NCBI GenBank assembly: GCA_040954595.2
Contig: CM082581.2
Location: 10,539,099-10,603,098, forward strand
Reading direction: 5' to 3'
Source of the DNA: Balanoglossus misakiensis
Taxonomy: Eukaryota > Animalia > Hemichordata
DNA: 64,000 nucleotides
Below, piece after piece: positions 29,001 to 42,210 of this stretch. The number at the start of each line of letters is the position of its first letter. Positions within the stretch are counted from its first letter, which is position 1. The position numbers and the translations under genes are program-made. A model generated the notes under the pieces. The model had not been told where the DNA came from. It was given only the letters and a program-made list of their open reading frames with translations, and made no database searches.

Positions 29001-32000
29001 TTCATGCATCTAAATGCAACTTTGTATCGACTGTTTCGCTCCTAAGTGGTTTATTTTCACCAGTTGACCGTCTGACCCCGCGTGACCCCTGTCAGCTTCC
29101 AGAATATTTCCTGATAGGATTAAATAGGGAAACTGTACACGTAACAGGGGGAGAAAAAACACAACTGGATGTTAAAATATCAACAGATATAATATTTTAA
29201 GTTTTAATCAGTGCGGGAATCGCCCCTTGGGGAGTACTCGGGGGTAAAAACAATTCTGTGTGTGCATGTGTAATCATGGATTGGGAATAACTGTGATTGG
29301 TAGTGACCTGGAGGGGCACCTGTTTATTAGCCAATCACTGCTGGGATTCAATTGTCTACGAGGTAGATGACCCGTTACTGAAAAGAGCAAGTGTGTTGTG
29401 ACAGAGCGTACATAAATTACACAAACAGGACCTGCCGGAGGTCAGAGGTCACCCTCGAAGCTACTTAACCCTTCTCCATCCGTAATGGAACGCGAAGCGG
29501 TGTCTGCCACTTTTCAGATATTTCACAAAAGCTTGGCAGACACGAACTCGTATTTCTTTTGTGGCTAGGGGATGGTGTCGTGAAAGACATTTGTAAAGCA
29601 TTGCATAACATATGGAGTGAAAACTGTCAAACAACTGAATACATTTATCTGTTCGAATTGTTAATACAGTTCTTCAGATCCTGAAATCTGTTGTGGTCGT
29701 ATGTCCTTTTATTTTTCTTAGCAAACATACAAAAAACGATTTTCATCACGTCTCTGCCGTTCCTATTTTGAACTCCTCAATCTCTCTGATTTACTTTCAC
29801 ACATCTGGTCCTTCTCTAACCCGAAGCAAGAGTAACCTATCAAAGATGTGTCCTCACTGACCGCGTTCTTGTTGTTCTCGAGCAATGCAAATAATGCATG
29901 AGCTTGCCAAGTGGCCACAAGGCACAAACCGTAGATGAACAAGGTCGAATGACAGTGTTCCGATAGAATGGCGGACCGATTTCTCCAAGTCCTCTCAAAT
30001 TTCAGGATAAGCCTTCTACTTACTTCAGGTGTGTTACCTCATCACCTGTTCACCTTTGCAAGGAACTGCATTTTACAGTTTTTATGCCACCACAAAACTG
30101 TGTTCGACGCTTGTGCTTCCAAGCTAGTCACTTAAACAGTTGCCACGCACATCATGGATTCCCTGGAGTGGGCTACATTATTTGTGCCAGTCCTCTCCCA
30201 GAATTTCACTAGATTGATTTTTTTTACAAACCCCTTTTATGAAAGAAGGCAGCAGAATCTGCAGAGAGAGAGACATTTATTGCAAGAGGAAGGCCAAGTG
30301 ACAAGCATTTTATTGAAGCATGATATATCGTTGGCCTTCATTGTGTGATATGCATCAGGAATATCATTGGTGTCTTTATAGTTTTATTTGGAACATTATC
30401 ACATAAAACGTGGAGACCGAGATATCGTGAAATCGACATACCCACTTTCCATTTTGCGTCATTAACTTTCATCTCTTCTTTTCTAAATTGACACCCTTTC
30501 AAGACAGATATTTTAATAATATAGTCACAATGACTCGAATGCGTATTGTCCACAGTAAAAGCAGGTTTGTATCCCATAATGCTTTGTGACAGCAAAATGC
30601 AACCATGGACAGGATAAGGGCAGTGATTGGCTGAGAAAAGATATTGTGTCAGGTGACCTGATAACTGACAAAAGAAACAAGGAAGGTTAAGAAAAAATTC
30701 AACATTTCGCATCCACAGTAACCGTCCCTTTTTGGTGGTTGTATTTTGACATCCTGCTTTTCCTTCATTGATTGAATTCCGTGAAGGAGGGTTGATTGAC
30801 TCTCGATGGTACCGTAAAAACAGGGCAGTATCTTGCGTTGCTCTGGTAAATGGGTCGTTTGGTTTGTGCCTCTTACATCAATATTTGATGTGTATCACTC
30901 CACCCTCGCTAATCAACTCATGCAAATCTCACAGAAGCTGTCCCAGGATGATAGACTTGCTGACACGAGTTCGGAGGTCACTCCGCTGATCTCTTAGTCT
31001 TTCTAGCAAAGTATATACAGTGATATTTTTTTCTACACATCGCAATCCTCTTAAAAAAAATCCTACATCCGGCGCTTTCTTCTTTCTTGAAATCTGTCAC
31101 TGTCAGTAAATTATCTGTCAGTTTTTTTTTATGGGATTCTTAATAAAGATGTTTTGAAATGTGGAAATCTCCACGGTGTGGTTCAAGGGAGAGATGAGAG
31201 ATGCTGCCGTGAATGATAATAGTGTAATCTTTCCACATCCTTGCACATCTCTCAGGTGGATATGGAAAACTAGGACAAGTATACCTGTCATCTTCTTCAG
31301 AAGGAGACTCCTTTTAAGTGGTGTCACTTGTTGGCTTCAGAATGTTATTTGCCCCCCCCCCCCCCTCCCCTCCCCCTTTTCTATGTGAATAGAACAGAAA
31401 AGAACCACATTAGATTGTTTGGCAAGTGGAAGAGTCTTGCAAAATAAGGAAATAGCCAACCCTGGAAACTTTGTCTTAATCTCCAAAGGGGATGAACTTC
31501 AGAAACAGGACTGGTATAAACTGAAGATTGGTGATTCATCACACACCGCAATGGCCTGGCTAACTTAATTCACACTCTGCATCTATCAATTGGACACTGG
31601 CCATAAAACAATAGAAAGGGCACCGTTGGCTCTCATTTACTTGATTACAATACTGGAAAAGATCAGTTAGTCCCCCGAGGCAGGTAGGCACCAACTGTAG
31701 GAGGGCTTTATTGCCGCCATCTAAGAGCAAATAATCTGTTTATTAGCTCTGCTGTCAGCAATGTACAGCTTATCAAAATGCAGTGGTCGGTCAGCCGTCA
31801 TTGTCAGTCAACTTTCTGTGGGGTTTTTTGGAATTTTTGACAACCAGCTGACCAAGATTGGTTTTATGTTGGGGATATTATAGATCTGCTTCATAACTGT
31901 TCCTCAGAAAGCTTGGATATTTTGCATCATGTGTCCTGTTGAATGTAGGATGCTTCAGACTATGAGTTCAAGAAAGTTTGTCAGCTTTGGTCAACTCTTC

Positions 32001-33207
32001 TCAAAACTTGATTTCAATAGTAAATGATTACTTGTAATAATAAAATCTGTACATAAAATGTCATTTCTTGTGCAATACCCTGTGAAGTATTATCACAGAT
32101 GCATTGGATGCTGGGTCAAGTGTTCTCCTATCTGTGAGCTCAAAATATGTATGTCATAGCTGTGCCCACCAGTGAATAACTTCCCGTGATTGATCGACCA
32201 TGTTCAGTTTTAATAACGAGAGAAACTATTTTTTTGGCTTCGTGTGCATCGAGATTGGCCGTTTCACATCTGACATTTACCTTGAAAGCAATCATGATTG
32301 TTCCCTGTCCTTGATATTTCGTGTACATTGTCTTTTATGATGACTAGTTTCATCGTACCCTGGTGTATGATAATGATTCCCTTTCTCGTCGCCGCTAACC
32401 GTTAATGGAGTTATCGTATAATCGGAAACTGTGGAGCCTCTCCGTATCCAAGACTGGAGACTCTATCTCGTCCAGACAATCAGACCAGAAAGAAAAAAAC
32501 GGATGAAATTAGGATTTGTGCAAACAGAATTTACTGTGTAATGAAGAGGGTTGATTAGTGGATGCATGTCGCGGACGCGAGTACGAAGTTTATAAGAAAC
32601 AATGGCACCCCTCTTTTTAGCCGCCGCAAGTCTGATTTGTAGAATCGCGTCTCTGCAGTTTCTGTTACGCTGCGAAGGTTTCCCAGCGAAGTCTCAAGTC
32701 CCCCGTAGACTGTGCTGATTATCTCTTTTTTTTCTGCTTCTTCGCAACCGTAGCAACTAGCGGAGGAAAGTCTCAGTGTGATTCCTTAATTTTACACCGC
32801 CATAAAAGGCTTTGTTACTTCTTTGCCACCCGTCAGTGGAAGTAAGAATTGAAGCAATTACTGAGATGCATTACCGCAATAATATCTGAATATGGAGCAA
32901 ATTTTAACTGTCCAAGCCAGTCATGTCAACTGCACAAATGAATAATTACCTTTGAAATGAATTTAATGAACCAATAGAGCAGACTTGATGTGTTGTTAGT
33001 TTCCTCTTTGCATGGTTCACCAGTGCGGCGACGATTTCAACGCGTGCTACTTCAATTCATTGAACTTTTTAATACATTTCTGTCATCTGCATTTGCACTG
33101 TGCATGATATTTCCTATTTTTAAATGTTGTTGATGTGGTGATTTAAAGAAAGTAAAAAGCTCTGTCCGGAGACCAAAGTTTTCTGGTGGAAGGTTTCAAC
33201 AGTTGGC

Positions 33208-33430
33208 CTGTGTCTGTCTGTCTGTTTGTCTGTGTGTCTGTGTGTCTGTCAGTCAGTCTGTCTGTGTGTCTGCCTGCCTGCCTGCCTGCCTGCCGGTTGA
33301 AATATCTTTTAATAAAAATATGGTAGTAGAGAAATTAAATCTTTGAAGGTCTCTGGCTGCCTGCCTGTCTGTTTGAAATATCTTTTTATATCAATATGGT
33401 AGAGAAAGTTAAATCTATAGAAAGTCTCTT
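33208..33430. repeat. (TGTC)/(TGCC)n microsatellite plus ~58 bp imperfect tandem duplication (33297-33354 / 33373-33429)
   Basis: ttgaaatatctttt..aatatggtag..agaaa..ttaaatct..aa.gtctct occurs twice. Confidence 0.85.
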
Positions 33431-36400
33431 TCTGTCTGTTTTTCTCTGTCTCTTGAAATATGTGGCTGTGTGTAATTTTACAATAAAAATAGGGGAGAAA
33501 AAAATGGGAGACTGAGACGATCAGAAAAATAGTACGGTAGACTGACAGGTGGAGTCAGACACCTAAACCTCTAATACTTGTAATCTTGTATGACAGTTCC
33601 TTGTTGCAGGTACTGGAAACTTCTGCTTCACTAGAGATGATCATATGATGTGAAAAATGTCAAATGACGTGCACATCTCGTGAATTGTAAAATTATATAC
33701 TTTCGTGGCCGTCTTCATGGCTCAATGAAAAAAAGAAGAGGAGGAATTGTAATTATGGGCGTCATTGTGCGGAACTGCACCCCGGGATTACTATGGACAT
33801 TAGTTGCTGTAATTGTAGGTTTTCAGCAAAGTCAACCTTGCAGATCCAATTAATGTTGATACACACCGCCCAATACAAAACATCAAAGATTCTTACAAGA
33901 TGAACGTTTTAATTACCAATTAAAAAGAGCTTTTTCTGTCGGAGCATAATTTCAGAATAATAGCACGGTTGTAAATTGACAGGCATAAACAGTAATTCTA
34001 GTCTGGGGATCAATATTTCTTTTGTCTTCAGATGGGGTCCCGTCTTTGAATGTTGATGTAATGCTCCCTTCAGAGCTATACAAAAACGGCTGTAACTTTG
34101 TGTTGTTTTTGATGGCTTTCGATACAGCCAGGTTTCCTTGGGGCGTTCGTGAAGGCATAAATGAAGTCGCGGCAATAAGCAGAGCTTCAGAATATTGCTG
34201 AGAAGTCTTTCCGAGTGTGTTTGGATAGAGCGTGGCCCCGGGGCGTTTTTTTCGCGACTGCAGAGTGGCTAATCTTGTCAGGAAAGCCAGCGCCTCAGTT
34301 AACACCTTTTTGATTGACTGCTGACTGTCGTAGAGCTGGACAAGTTGTTGTAAGAATCATTTCCAGTGTGTGTAGCTTGGTAGTTTGGGAATCTCTGATT
34401 GGTTAGCTCTCTGCTTTCCATGGCAACTGGCTTAAGTTTGCATAGGTGACCGTATACCTGTAATGAGAAAGTGAAGCTAAAATAGGCTTCCTCGAAAGAC
34501 AAGTGCACAAATGACGCTGTCAGATATTGTCGTTTCGGTGATTAAACCATGTAGTCGGGGTCAAGCAACGCGTATGTCAGTTCCTGTAACACTTGCACTA
34601 CGCAATTCATCTTTCTAAACATTAACCGTGAAAAAGTCACGAAATGATTAAAAATTCTCTTCTTTGATAAAGGAGGTCGTAGTCTGTTGTAAATTTTCTT
34701 CTCCAGTGATATTGTCATTCCTGTTTGGTGCAATCTTTTGATGATCAATGTGCTTGCCTGAGCTGCTCCTCCCCACCCCCCCCCACCCCACCCCAGAATC
34801 CCAACTTTGAGATTATGCACTGAATTCTTCTACAATTGTGACATAAACTGTACCAGGCAGTGTCAGATAATGTAGCGAAATTAGAGCAGTCGTGCCGTAG
34901 TTTCTTGGTGGGCATTGCACTAATTCCTCGTGAACGGCTGCATTTCTGAGAAGTGGATCGCATCCTTATCCCTCCAACATGTAAAAGGTGTTAATAATTT
35001 ATGGGCCGATGCATCAATGACCGTCCATTGCCCGAAGCTTTGCGCAGGAGAGAGCCGAGGGGGAGAAGCTTTCAAATCCGCAACTGCTGAAAAATGCATG
35101 GTCTGATCCAAAATATTGAAACGGGGAAGCGGGGGTTGAAATCATTTTTCTGGCGTGTGTGTTTGTTATTCCAGTCCTCACCTGTGTGCTTGTCGGTGTT
35201 TGGAACGTACGGCATCTTTCCTCTCCATTGGGGACGGCTGATATATTTTAAGTTGAACTCTTACAGGTGTCAGGAGAGGCCGATGTGGAAATAAAACCCA
35301 ATTTTTTTTTCCCAGTACGATAAAAATGACAAACCAGTGGGCAATGATAAATGGAATGGCGGTACGTTTCTGTCTCTTTCCCGTTTGTCTTCTCTTCCCA
35401 TAAATCATGGTGACCGATTATCATGGAAGATAAGTTCAGGAAAAATCCCCCCCAGGTATTGCTACCTGGGCGCCAAAGAAAATTTGGTAATTGCACAATC
35501 GAATCCGTTTTGAATCGGGCGTTTGCCTCGGCCTTCTTTCAGGCCGAGATGTTCTTCTCTCGCGTCAGCAGTCAGTCACTATGCTACCGGGGCTTCCCAT
35601 TGAAATTTCAGATGCCCGTAACGTCTCAGATACAGGCAATAGAGAGGGGGAATATAGGATCTCTCTCTCCACCTTTGTGAGAGATGTCAGTGTTTATAGA
35701 ATTTGTCAGTCACGTCTCGCCGTAATGACTAGTCCGTGGTCTAGTTTCAATTATATTCCCTGCGTTATTCGAGACGCAAGACGAATGCCACACATTAACT
35801 TCATTCAGAGCCTCCTGAATGAAAAAAAATTATTTGCTTTTTTAGTGAAAGATGCAGGTATTGGCACAACCTTTTCCCCGCGAACTCACAGCGCTTTTTC
35901 AAAGACCACAGATGGTGCGCTGCATTGAAAAATTGCTGCCTGTTATTGTTTGATGTTTAGTTAGTATGGTAACCGTATGCAGCCTCGGTGAGTCCCCCCG
36001 AAAATACTCTTGTGCATTCAAATACAGTTTTAGAAAAAAAAGCAAATTATCATGCTGATCATATTACCCTGACATGGTGCATGCAAATTATTATAACAGT
36101 AGAAATATGTTTTTTCTTTTGACCTAGCGTTTGCGGCAAATATTTAATCCGGGATGCTCTTCCTATAAAACGTGCCAGAGACAAAAATGAATAATTCACG
36201 CCTGTCAGTATTTATCTGAAAGACTATATAAAATGAACATGTTTTGAAGTCTCAGCAGAGGACAGTAAAAACTGCTCTTTGGAGCATTAAAAGAATGCAA
36301 AAAAAAAAAAACACCTGAAAGATAAATGTTATGCCGTTGTAGAATCATTTCTCAAATTTTTGAAGTGGACATTTTTTTTGAACGTAGCCGAAATATGACA

Positions 36401-38022
36401 GTTTCGTTTTAATGGGAGATATGGAAACCCGATAAGGAAATAGGTAATGGCATGAATAGAAGTTATCTAATCTATTCAAATACTGAAGATAGTTGTTTTG
36501 GAAAGGTTACCAGGCAGAACGGGCTGAAACGCCGGTATATTGCGATGGAAGATAAGAACTGGAATTGATATTAGTCCAGATAAAGTATTCCATTACGACA
36601 AAAAAAAAATAGGAATGCGATATGATCTTGTTTATATTGGTGCTGCTTAACTGGTACCCTGATGCGTGCAGAAGAGTTCGGGATACCTGTAATTAAAAAA
36701 AATGAACGACTAAGAATTTGAGATGGGGAGAAATTTTGAATTCAGCTATCATAATTACATCACGTTTTGTGACTCCATGGCCAGCGTTGGCTGTTCAGTT
36801 GGAAAATGGTATTTTGGTCTTTTTCATGGCTTCACGTTTATGTAAATGTTTTAAAGAATCTTGCAGAAGTATTAATCAAACTTCAAGATATTGGCACATC
36901 TCCTGCTCTTCACTGACATGGAAATGTACTATTTCGAGGTGGGAGGTCTGACCATACCTGCAGATAAAAATGGTACAGTCCAATATACACCTGTTTGGTG
37001 GGATTTGCACACAGTGTCAGTCTTTGGTGTTTTCTCAACCCGCTTTTATCATTTTCGTTGTCACAGCTGGCGTTTATTAGACGGTATTCCGTTCTCAAAT
37101 TCAAATGTACTCGCAACGCTTTCATATCAATCCGTGCTCTGATGTGTTGGTTTTTCTGCAAAGGAAGAAAAGGAGGGACATCGCTTCAAAGAAGAAGAAA
37201 AGTTGTCTTGTCCGTCTAAAGACGGTATCCTGTGTTTGCAAATGTCGTTTTTTTCCCCAACGCAAGTCAATAGACTCGCGACTACAAACCTGATGGGGGA
37301 AATGAAATCTACCTCGTTGTGTGGAACGACAAAATATTGAAATTTCACACAGCAGCTGTTATTAGCCAACAATCAGGCGGTCCCCTTCCGCGACAGAGTT
37401 TGCTAATTTGTCCCGTAATTGATATAAAATGGCCGTCCTCAGTCCATTAATTCTCAGATTTATCCCAGATTTCAGAACAACTCGTCAGACAAGCTGATAA
37501 AAATGTTCTCCCCAGGATCAGTGATGAATGATGAAGGGGAAAAAAATCGCGCTACTTTGCCGGTCGGAGATTTACACGCGAGTGTTGTAAGGGAAATTAA
37601 AACAGTCCTTCTGGTGGCCCTGGAATCATGAAGAGAAATGAGTTTTGTGAAAGCCGGCAACAGCTGGTTTTTCCATTGTGGACAATGATGAAAGATGTGC
37701 TTTAAAAACACAAGTAGCTCATACGTCAAAGATGAAGGAGGGGATGGTGAAACTCCTCTGTTCACTGCACGAATATCCCAGCAGCCACTAGAGAATGGCA
37801 ACTTTTGTATCTATTTGTTTCAACTGGTACTTTTGTGTGTATCCGGTTAGACATGATAGGTATTTCTTGTATTTTTGGTAAGCCCTCAGAGTGGCTCTTT
37901 TGAAGAGTGTTAGATTCTGAGAAGTGTCTGTTGTCCTTTAAATGGTAGCAAGCAGTGTGGAAGTTTTGAAACCATTCCATACCCTATTCTAAAAAGATTA
38001 TCATATCCCATTAAGCAAAATC

Positions 38023-38066
38023 TCATCATCATCATTGTCGTCGTCTTCTTCATCATCATGATCATG

Positions 38067-38098
<32 letters not shown>

Positions 38099-38114
38099 GA
38101 CATCATCATCATGA

Positions 38115-38147
<33 letters not shown>

Positions 38148-38164
38148 AACATCATCATCATCAT
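38023..38164. repeat. Imperfect (CAT)n trinucleotide microsatellite
   Basis: Seen directly; gives the spurious poly-Met ORF on the - strand. Confidence 0.95.
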
Positions 38165-40331
38165 TTTGTGTGTCCACTGAATTGTATATATACCCCGAGT
38201 TCCAGCTGTGCAGAGGTGCGCCATTGAGGTCAAGGGAACCTGATTGACACCCTCACTGTGTTGGCCTTGGTGAAAAAAAACCATGAAGGAAATTTGAGAC
38301 TGTAATGGCTGCATGCAGCAGTTCAACTGGAAACGATGATGAAAGCAGATGTAGAGCGAGTGCCAGTATTTTTTTTTTACCTTGTAGTCATGGTGTGCTG
38401 TGTTCAACCATCATGTCAAATTGCCGCTATTACGGGGGATTATTACCGAAATTGATTGAAACAGGATGGAAAGTGAACAGAGGGGTATGCCCATGAAAAT
38501 GTCAACCTTGCAAGCTTGATTAATTTGAGTAAACGTTACCACTTGTCTGTCCAGTCCCTGAACATGAGACGAATCCGAAATGACCCAGTGTTGTTGCTCT
38601 GACTCTCACTGCAATTTCATGGCGGATTTTCCCCCCAAAGGTTTCGGGCTCTGGCAGTGGAATAGGCACAAATTTGCGAAAAGAATGTAGTGATCATTTT
38701 ATTTTGGATAAAGAAGGCCTGATACAGGTTTTAATAAAAATGAGATTGAGCTGTACCGGCATCTTTCTTTGACGCAACCAGTAAACATCTGTCGCAGCCT
38801 GTTCCCGTCAATCAAAATAGCTGGCTGACCTTTAACCCCACAGAAAAGAAAAAAAATTAAGCAATATTTGATAGACTGTTAATATTTATCCACAGGAATC
38901 AATTTGCAATGACCCTTGGGGTAGAAATATTCCCATTGGATTAGCGGTATAACAGGCAACATGGTTGCCACCATATGGTTCAAGGGAGCCCTTTTTATTC
39001 ATTTTTTTTTTCAAATGTCCCTTGCCTTTCAACAACCACTGGAATATGTTACATCATGGTTTAGACAGCGTCTAATGCAGTAGTGACGCATATGCTGTGT
39101 GTTTTGTCACTTGTAATTTTTTTGGGAGAGAGAGAGAGAGAGTGAGATCATGGGTAGGTATTTTCCACTCTTGTTTCACGCTGTTCTGAGGTGAACATTT
39201 TTAGCGCTGTGGTACTTAAACTCGTTTTTTTTTTGCTGGTTGCTTTCTTTTCATCTGGAGTTGGGTTACACACTTTCAAATGTCATTTGGCGCGGGCATT
39301 TTTACCCCTGAATACATTCTATTTCCGTCTGTGATGCATAGAAGAATTTAGCTGTAGGCCATGAGCCATTTCCCAAATCCTGGATGACTAATGATCACTC
39401 TTTGCCCAGGGATGAGGTTCGGAAAATCAGTTGTAGTTTTTTTATATGTACCTATTTTAAAATCAAACCGACTCTCCTTTTTGAGGGGGGGGGGATTTAA
39501 ATTATTTTATCATTGCAATATTCATACTGGTCTTGGCATGGTGAAAGATGGTATGAAGGGGAAAACAATTGGTTTTCAGTTTTTTGTTGATGCAACATAG
39601 TTAACAATTTAAAGATAGTAGTATTTAATAACAGCTCTGTCTGCAAAAGGTCTGAAGACAGACACAACATGTATATGTTACATCATGGCATAATATCATG
39701 TTTGTAAATGAAACAATATGAAGGGTCAGAGATGAACAGGCTGTCGTGGAATTATGTTATTTTTAGAATTCTGCGTTTATACCGGGTTTGGAAATTAATG
39801 ATTCCTAAAGCGGAAACAGTGAGGTCGGCGTTACATCATGGGCCTTGTTTTTAATTAAAAAACCAGTGCATTTCAGGGTTGTTCATCTACTCTCTGGCTG
39901 TGTGTGGAAGTTGTTGGCAATGTGGAGAGTCATTATCTGTCCATCCGCCAGGCCAGCTTGGTTGTTTTCTGCTAGTACATCGCTTAGATAAGAGGACGAT
40001 CACGTTTGGTTGTTTAACATGGCTGTACGAAGCCCCCTCTATCATGACTTTGTTACAAACATAAACCTGCATGTTGTGTACTCATACATGTACATGCACA
40101 TGCACGTGCACGCACACTTGTAGGCATCGTATAAACACTTCCGTCCAGCCTACCAAGGAGATTGAAGATTCTGAACTTGCAAGTTATATGAGGAATTCAA
40201 GTTCATAACACCTCCCCCCTCTCCTCAAAATATCTGGAAGATATCAATGTTAGGGTCAGTGCAATGTCGTGTTCTTGTCGGCGTACGAAACAGGACTAAT
40301 TTATTCCCGATTGGTTCTTTTGTTCTCACAG

Positions 40332-40419
40332 ATCATCATCATGTATTTGTCGGTGACTTGGTTCCCGAGGTGGAGACGGAAGACTTGAAGACTGCATTTA
40401 TAGCATTTGGGGAAATCTC
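40332..40419 (+). CDS. TIAL1: TIA-1/TIAR exon, RRM2 RNP2 ([30 protein letters not shown])
   Basis: ctcacag acceptor, TC|gtgagt donor, 88 nt; phase 1 start matches the preceding exon. Confidence 0.95.
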
Positions 40420-41128
40420 GTGAGTACAATAATCATTCTCATTCCTCAAAAATATCAAAAACCCATCATTTGTCCACTGTTATGTTTAAACGTTTTACTT
40501 TGGGAATATATAAAATGGCTGAATCACCTGTTTGTTTTTTGTCACCCGATTTGGGTTTTGTTTCTCTGTTAAATTGCACCACTAAGCAATTTTGCTGCCA
40601 GGTTTTCCCCGACTTTTGAATTTTATCAAATCAACAGCGCCACCACCTGTTTGATTGAGTAATTGTCACATGACTGCTGCTAAAAAAAAGCTGTCTTGCC
40701 ATTGGCTGGTGATATGAGCGTGTGATGAACTTTGACCCGGGGGAGGTTACTCTGTGGATTTCTGTTTTGTCAGTTTGTTCTATTTAAATTGTCATATTTG
40801 CTGGCAGCGCAATTGTGAATGCACCATTCGAGAAAAAAAATGAACTCTCATCACAAGCAACATTTCAACTGTCATGGCCAAATAGAAACCTGAAATTGCA
40901 TTTTAGCATCCATTTTGACATTCATGCTTGCAAATTTCTAAAAAAAAAAAAAAAAAATATAAACTCCATGAAATTACTTGAATGTCACTTTCTGCCATTT
41001 TTACTCATCGTATTCCCTAAGCCTGTTCACGTTTAAAGCAATTTTATTTCACCGCAACCTTCTCTCCCTTTCTACATCTTAAGTATGTGTGTAATTCTCT
41101 CCCCAATTTCAATCCCTCTCTGTATTTC

Positions 41129-41191
41129 TTTTTGGACAATGAGTCTTTAATACCTCACATTTTTTTGGACGTTGAGTCTCTAATACCTCAC
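41129..41191. repeat. ~30 bp direct tandem duplication
   Basis: tttttggacaatgagtctttaatacctcac / tttttggacgttgagtctctaatacctcac. Confidence 0.85.
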
Positions 41192-41260
41192 CTCTGTCTC
41201 GAATTGATCATGTCACATCAAAGCCTCTGAGTTGTCTTTATCAATTTCCAAACTTTGCAG

Positions 41261-41357
41261 CGGCGTTTGATCGGCTGTCCGACCAAATTGGACCCCAACC
41301 CAAAGGGTATACTACTACCAACATACAAAATGAGCATTGTAAAACAATGCAGGCTAC
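41261..41357 (+). other. Candidate poison (PTC) cassette exon A in the TIAR RRM2 intron
   Basis: ctttgcag acceptor; in-phase TGA at 41268-41270; weak donor C|gtatgc followed by a long U/pyrimidine tract. Confidence 0.55.
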
Positions 41358-42176
41358 GTATGCCTTTTACATTCCTATTTTTATTTTTTTTTTCTCTCTC
41401 TCTCTCTCTTCTTTGACTCTATACTTGTCTTGTATTTCTGCTGGGTATTGCTGTGTTCATAGATGTTATCACTTTTACTCTCCTATATTAGCCTAGCTAT
41501 TTGATCTATTTTTTTAAAAGTTTTAATTTATAAAGAAAGAAGAAGTCGTATTTAGAGAGCTTGTTTATCATTTTCCATGTCACTTTGTGTCACGGTTGTA
41601 GATTTTTACTCCTGAGTCGGTTATTTTTTCCTCTTGGTTGGCATGCCGTTCCGACTCGCAGCTTTTAGCTGAGTAGTTTGTCGGGCATCATGCTTTTGTT
41701 GCCATAGAAACTAAGTACTTGGAATGTAGATATTGTGGGCTGCTTACTAACATGTCTAGATTAAAATCAAATGGTAAATTCGGGGAGAAAAAGTTAGTCC
41801 TGTAATTGTAGACGTTTTGGGCATGGGGTATTTACTTTTAATAGTATCATCATCCGTCAAGGGAATCTTCCATGAAACTATATGCATGTGCATTCTCGTT
41901 TGTGTTTTCAAGATGTTTTGTTCATGCGAGATTAAAAAAAAAGCATACAAATATAAAAGTAATAAAAACTAGAAGAGATGATGAGTTAAATTGCTTAGCT
42001 TTAAATTCAAATCATTGTAACTGATGTAGCAGGTTTTACCCCTGAGAAAGATTGTAGGGTTGAATTAAAGTAGGTATAAAGCAAACAGCCAAAATATATG
42101 AAAATATGAAATTTGTAGGTTATCTTTGTATTTTATTAATGTTTGGAAAAAAAATTAATTCTTCGGGGGTGTGTAG

Positions 42177-42210
42177 GTGACATTCGGTCTCCATTCGCGC
42201 TTTCTCCATG
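42177..42210 (+). other. Candidate poison cassette exon B in the TIAR RRM2 intron
   Basis: gtgtag acceptor (poor pyrimidine tract); in-phase TGA at 42178-42180; donor ATG|gtattt followed by a U-rich tract. Confidence 0.3.

Noticed and set aside
37910-38098. Poly-methionine ORF on the - strand
   Set aside because: Artefact of the (CAT)n microsatellite.
113-40072. Many 60-156 aa ORFs on both strands in the first 40 kb
   Set aside because: No recognisable domains, random-like composition and no consistent splice structure; they lie in TIAR introns. A nested gene with small exons cannot be fully excluded by eye.
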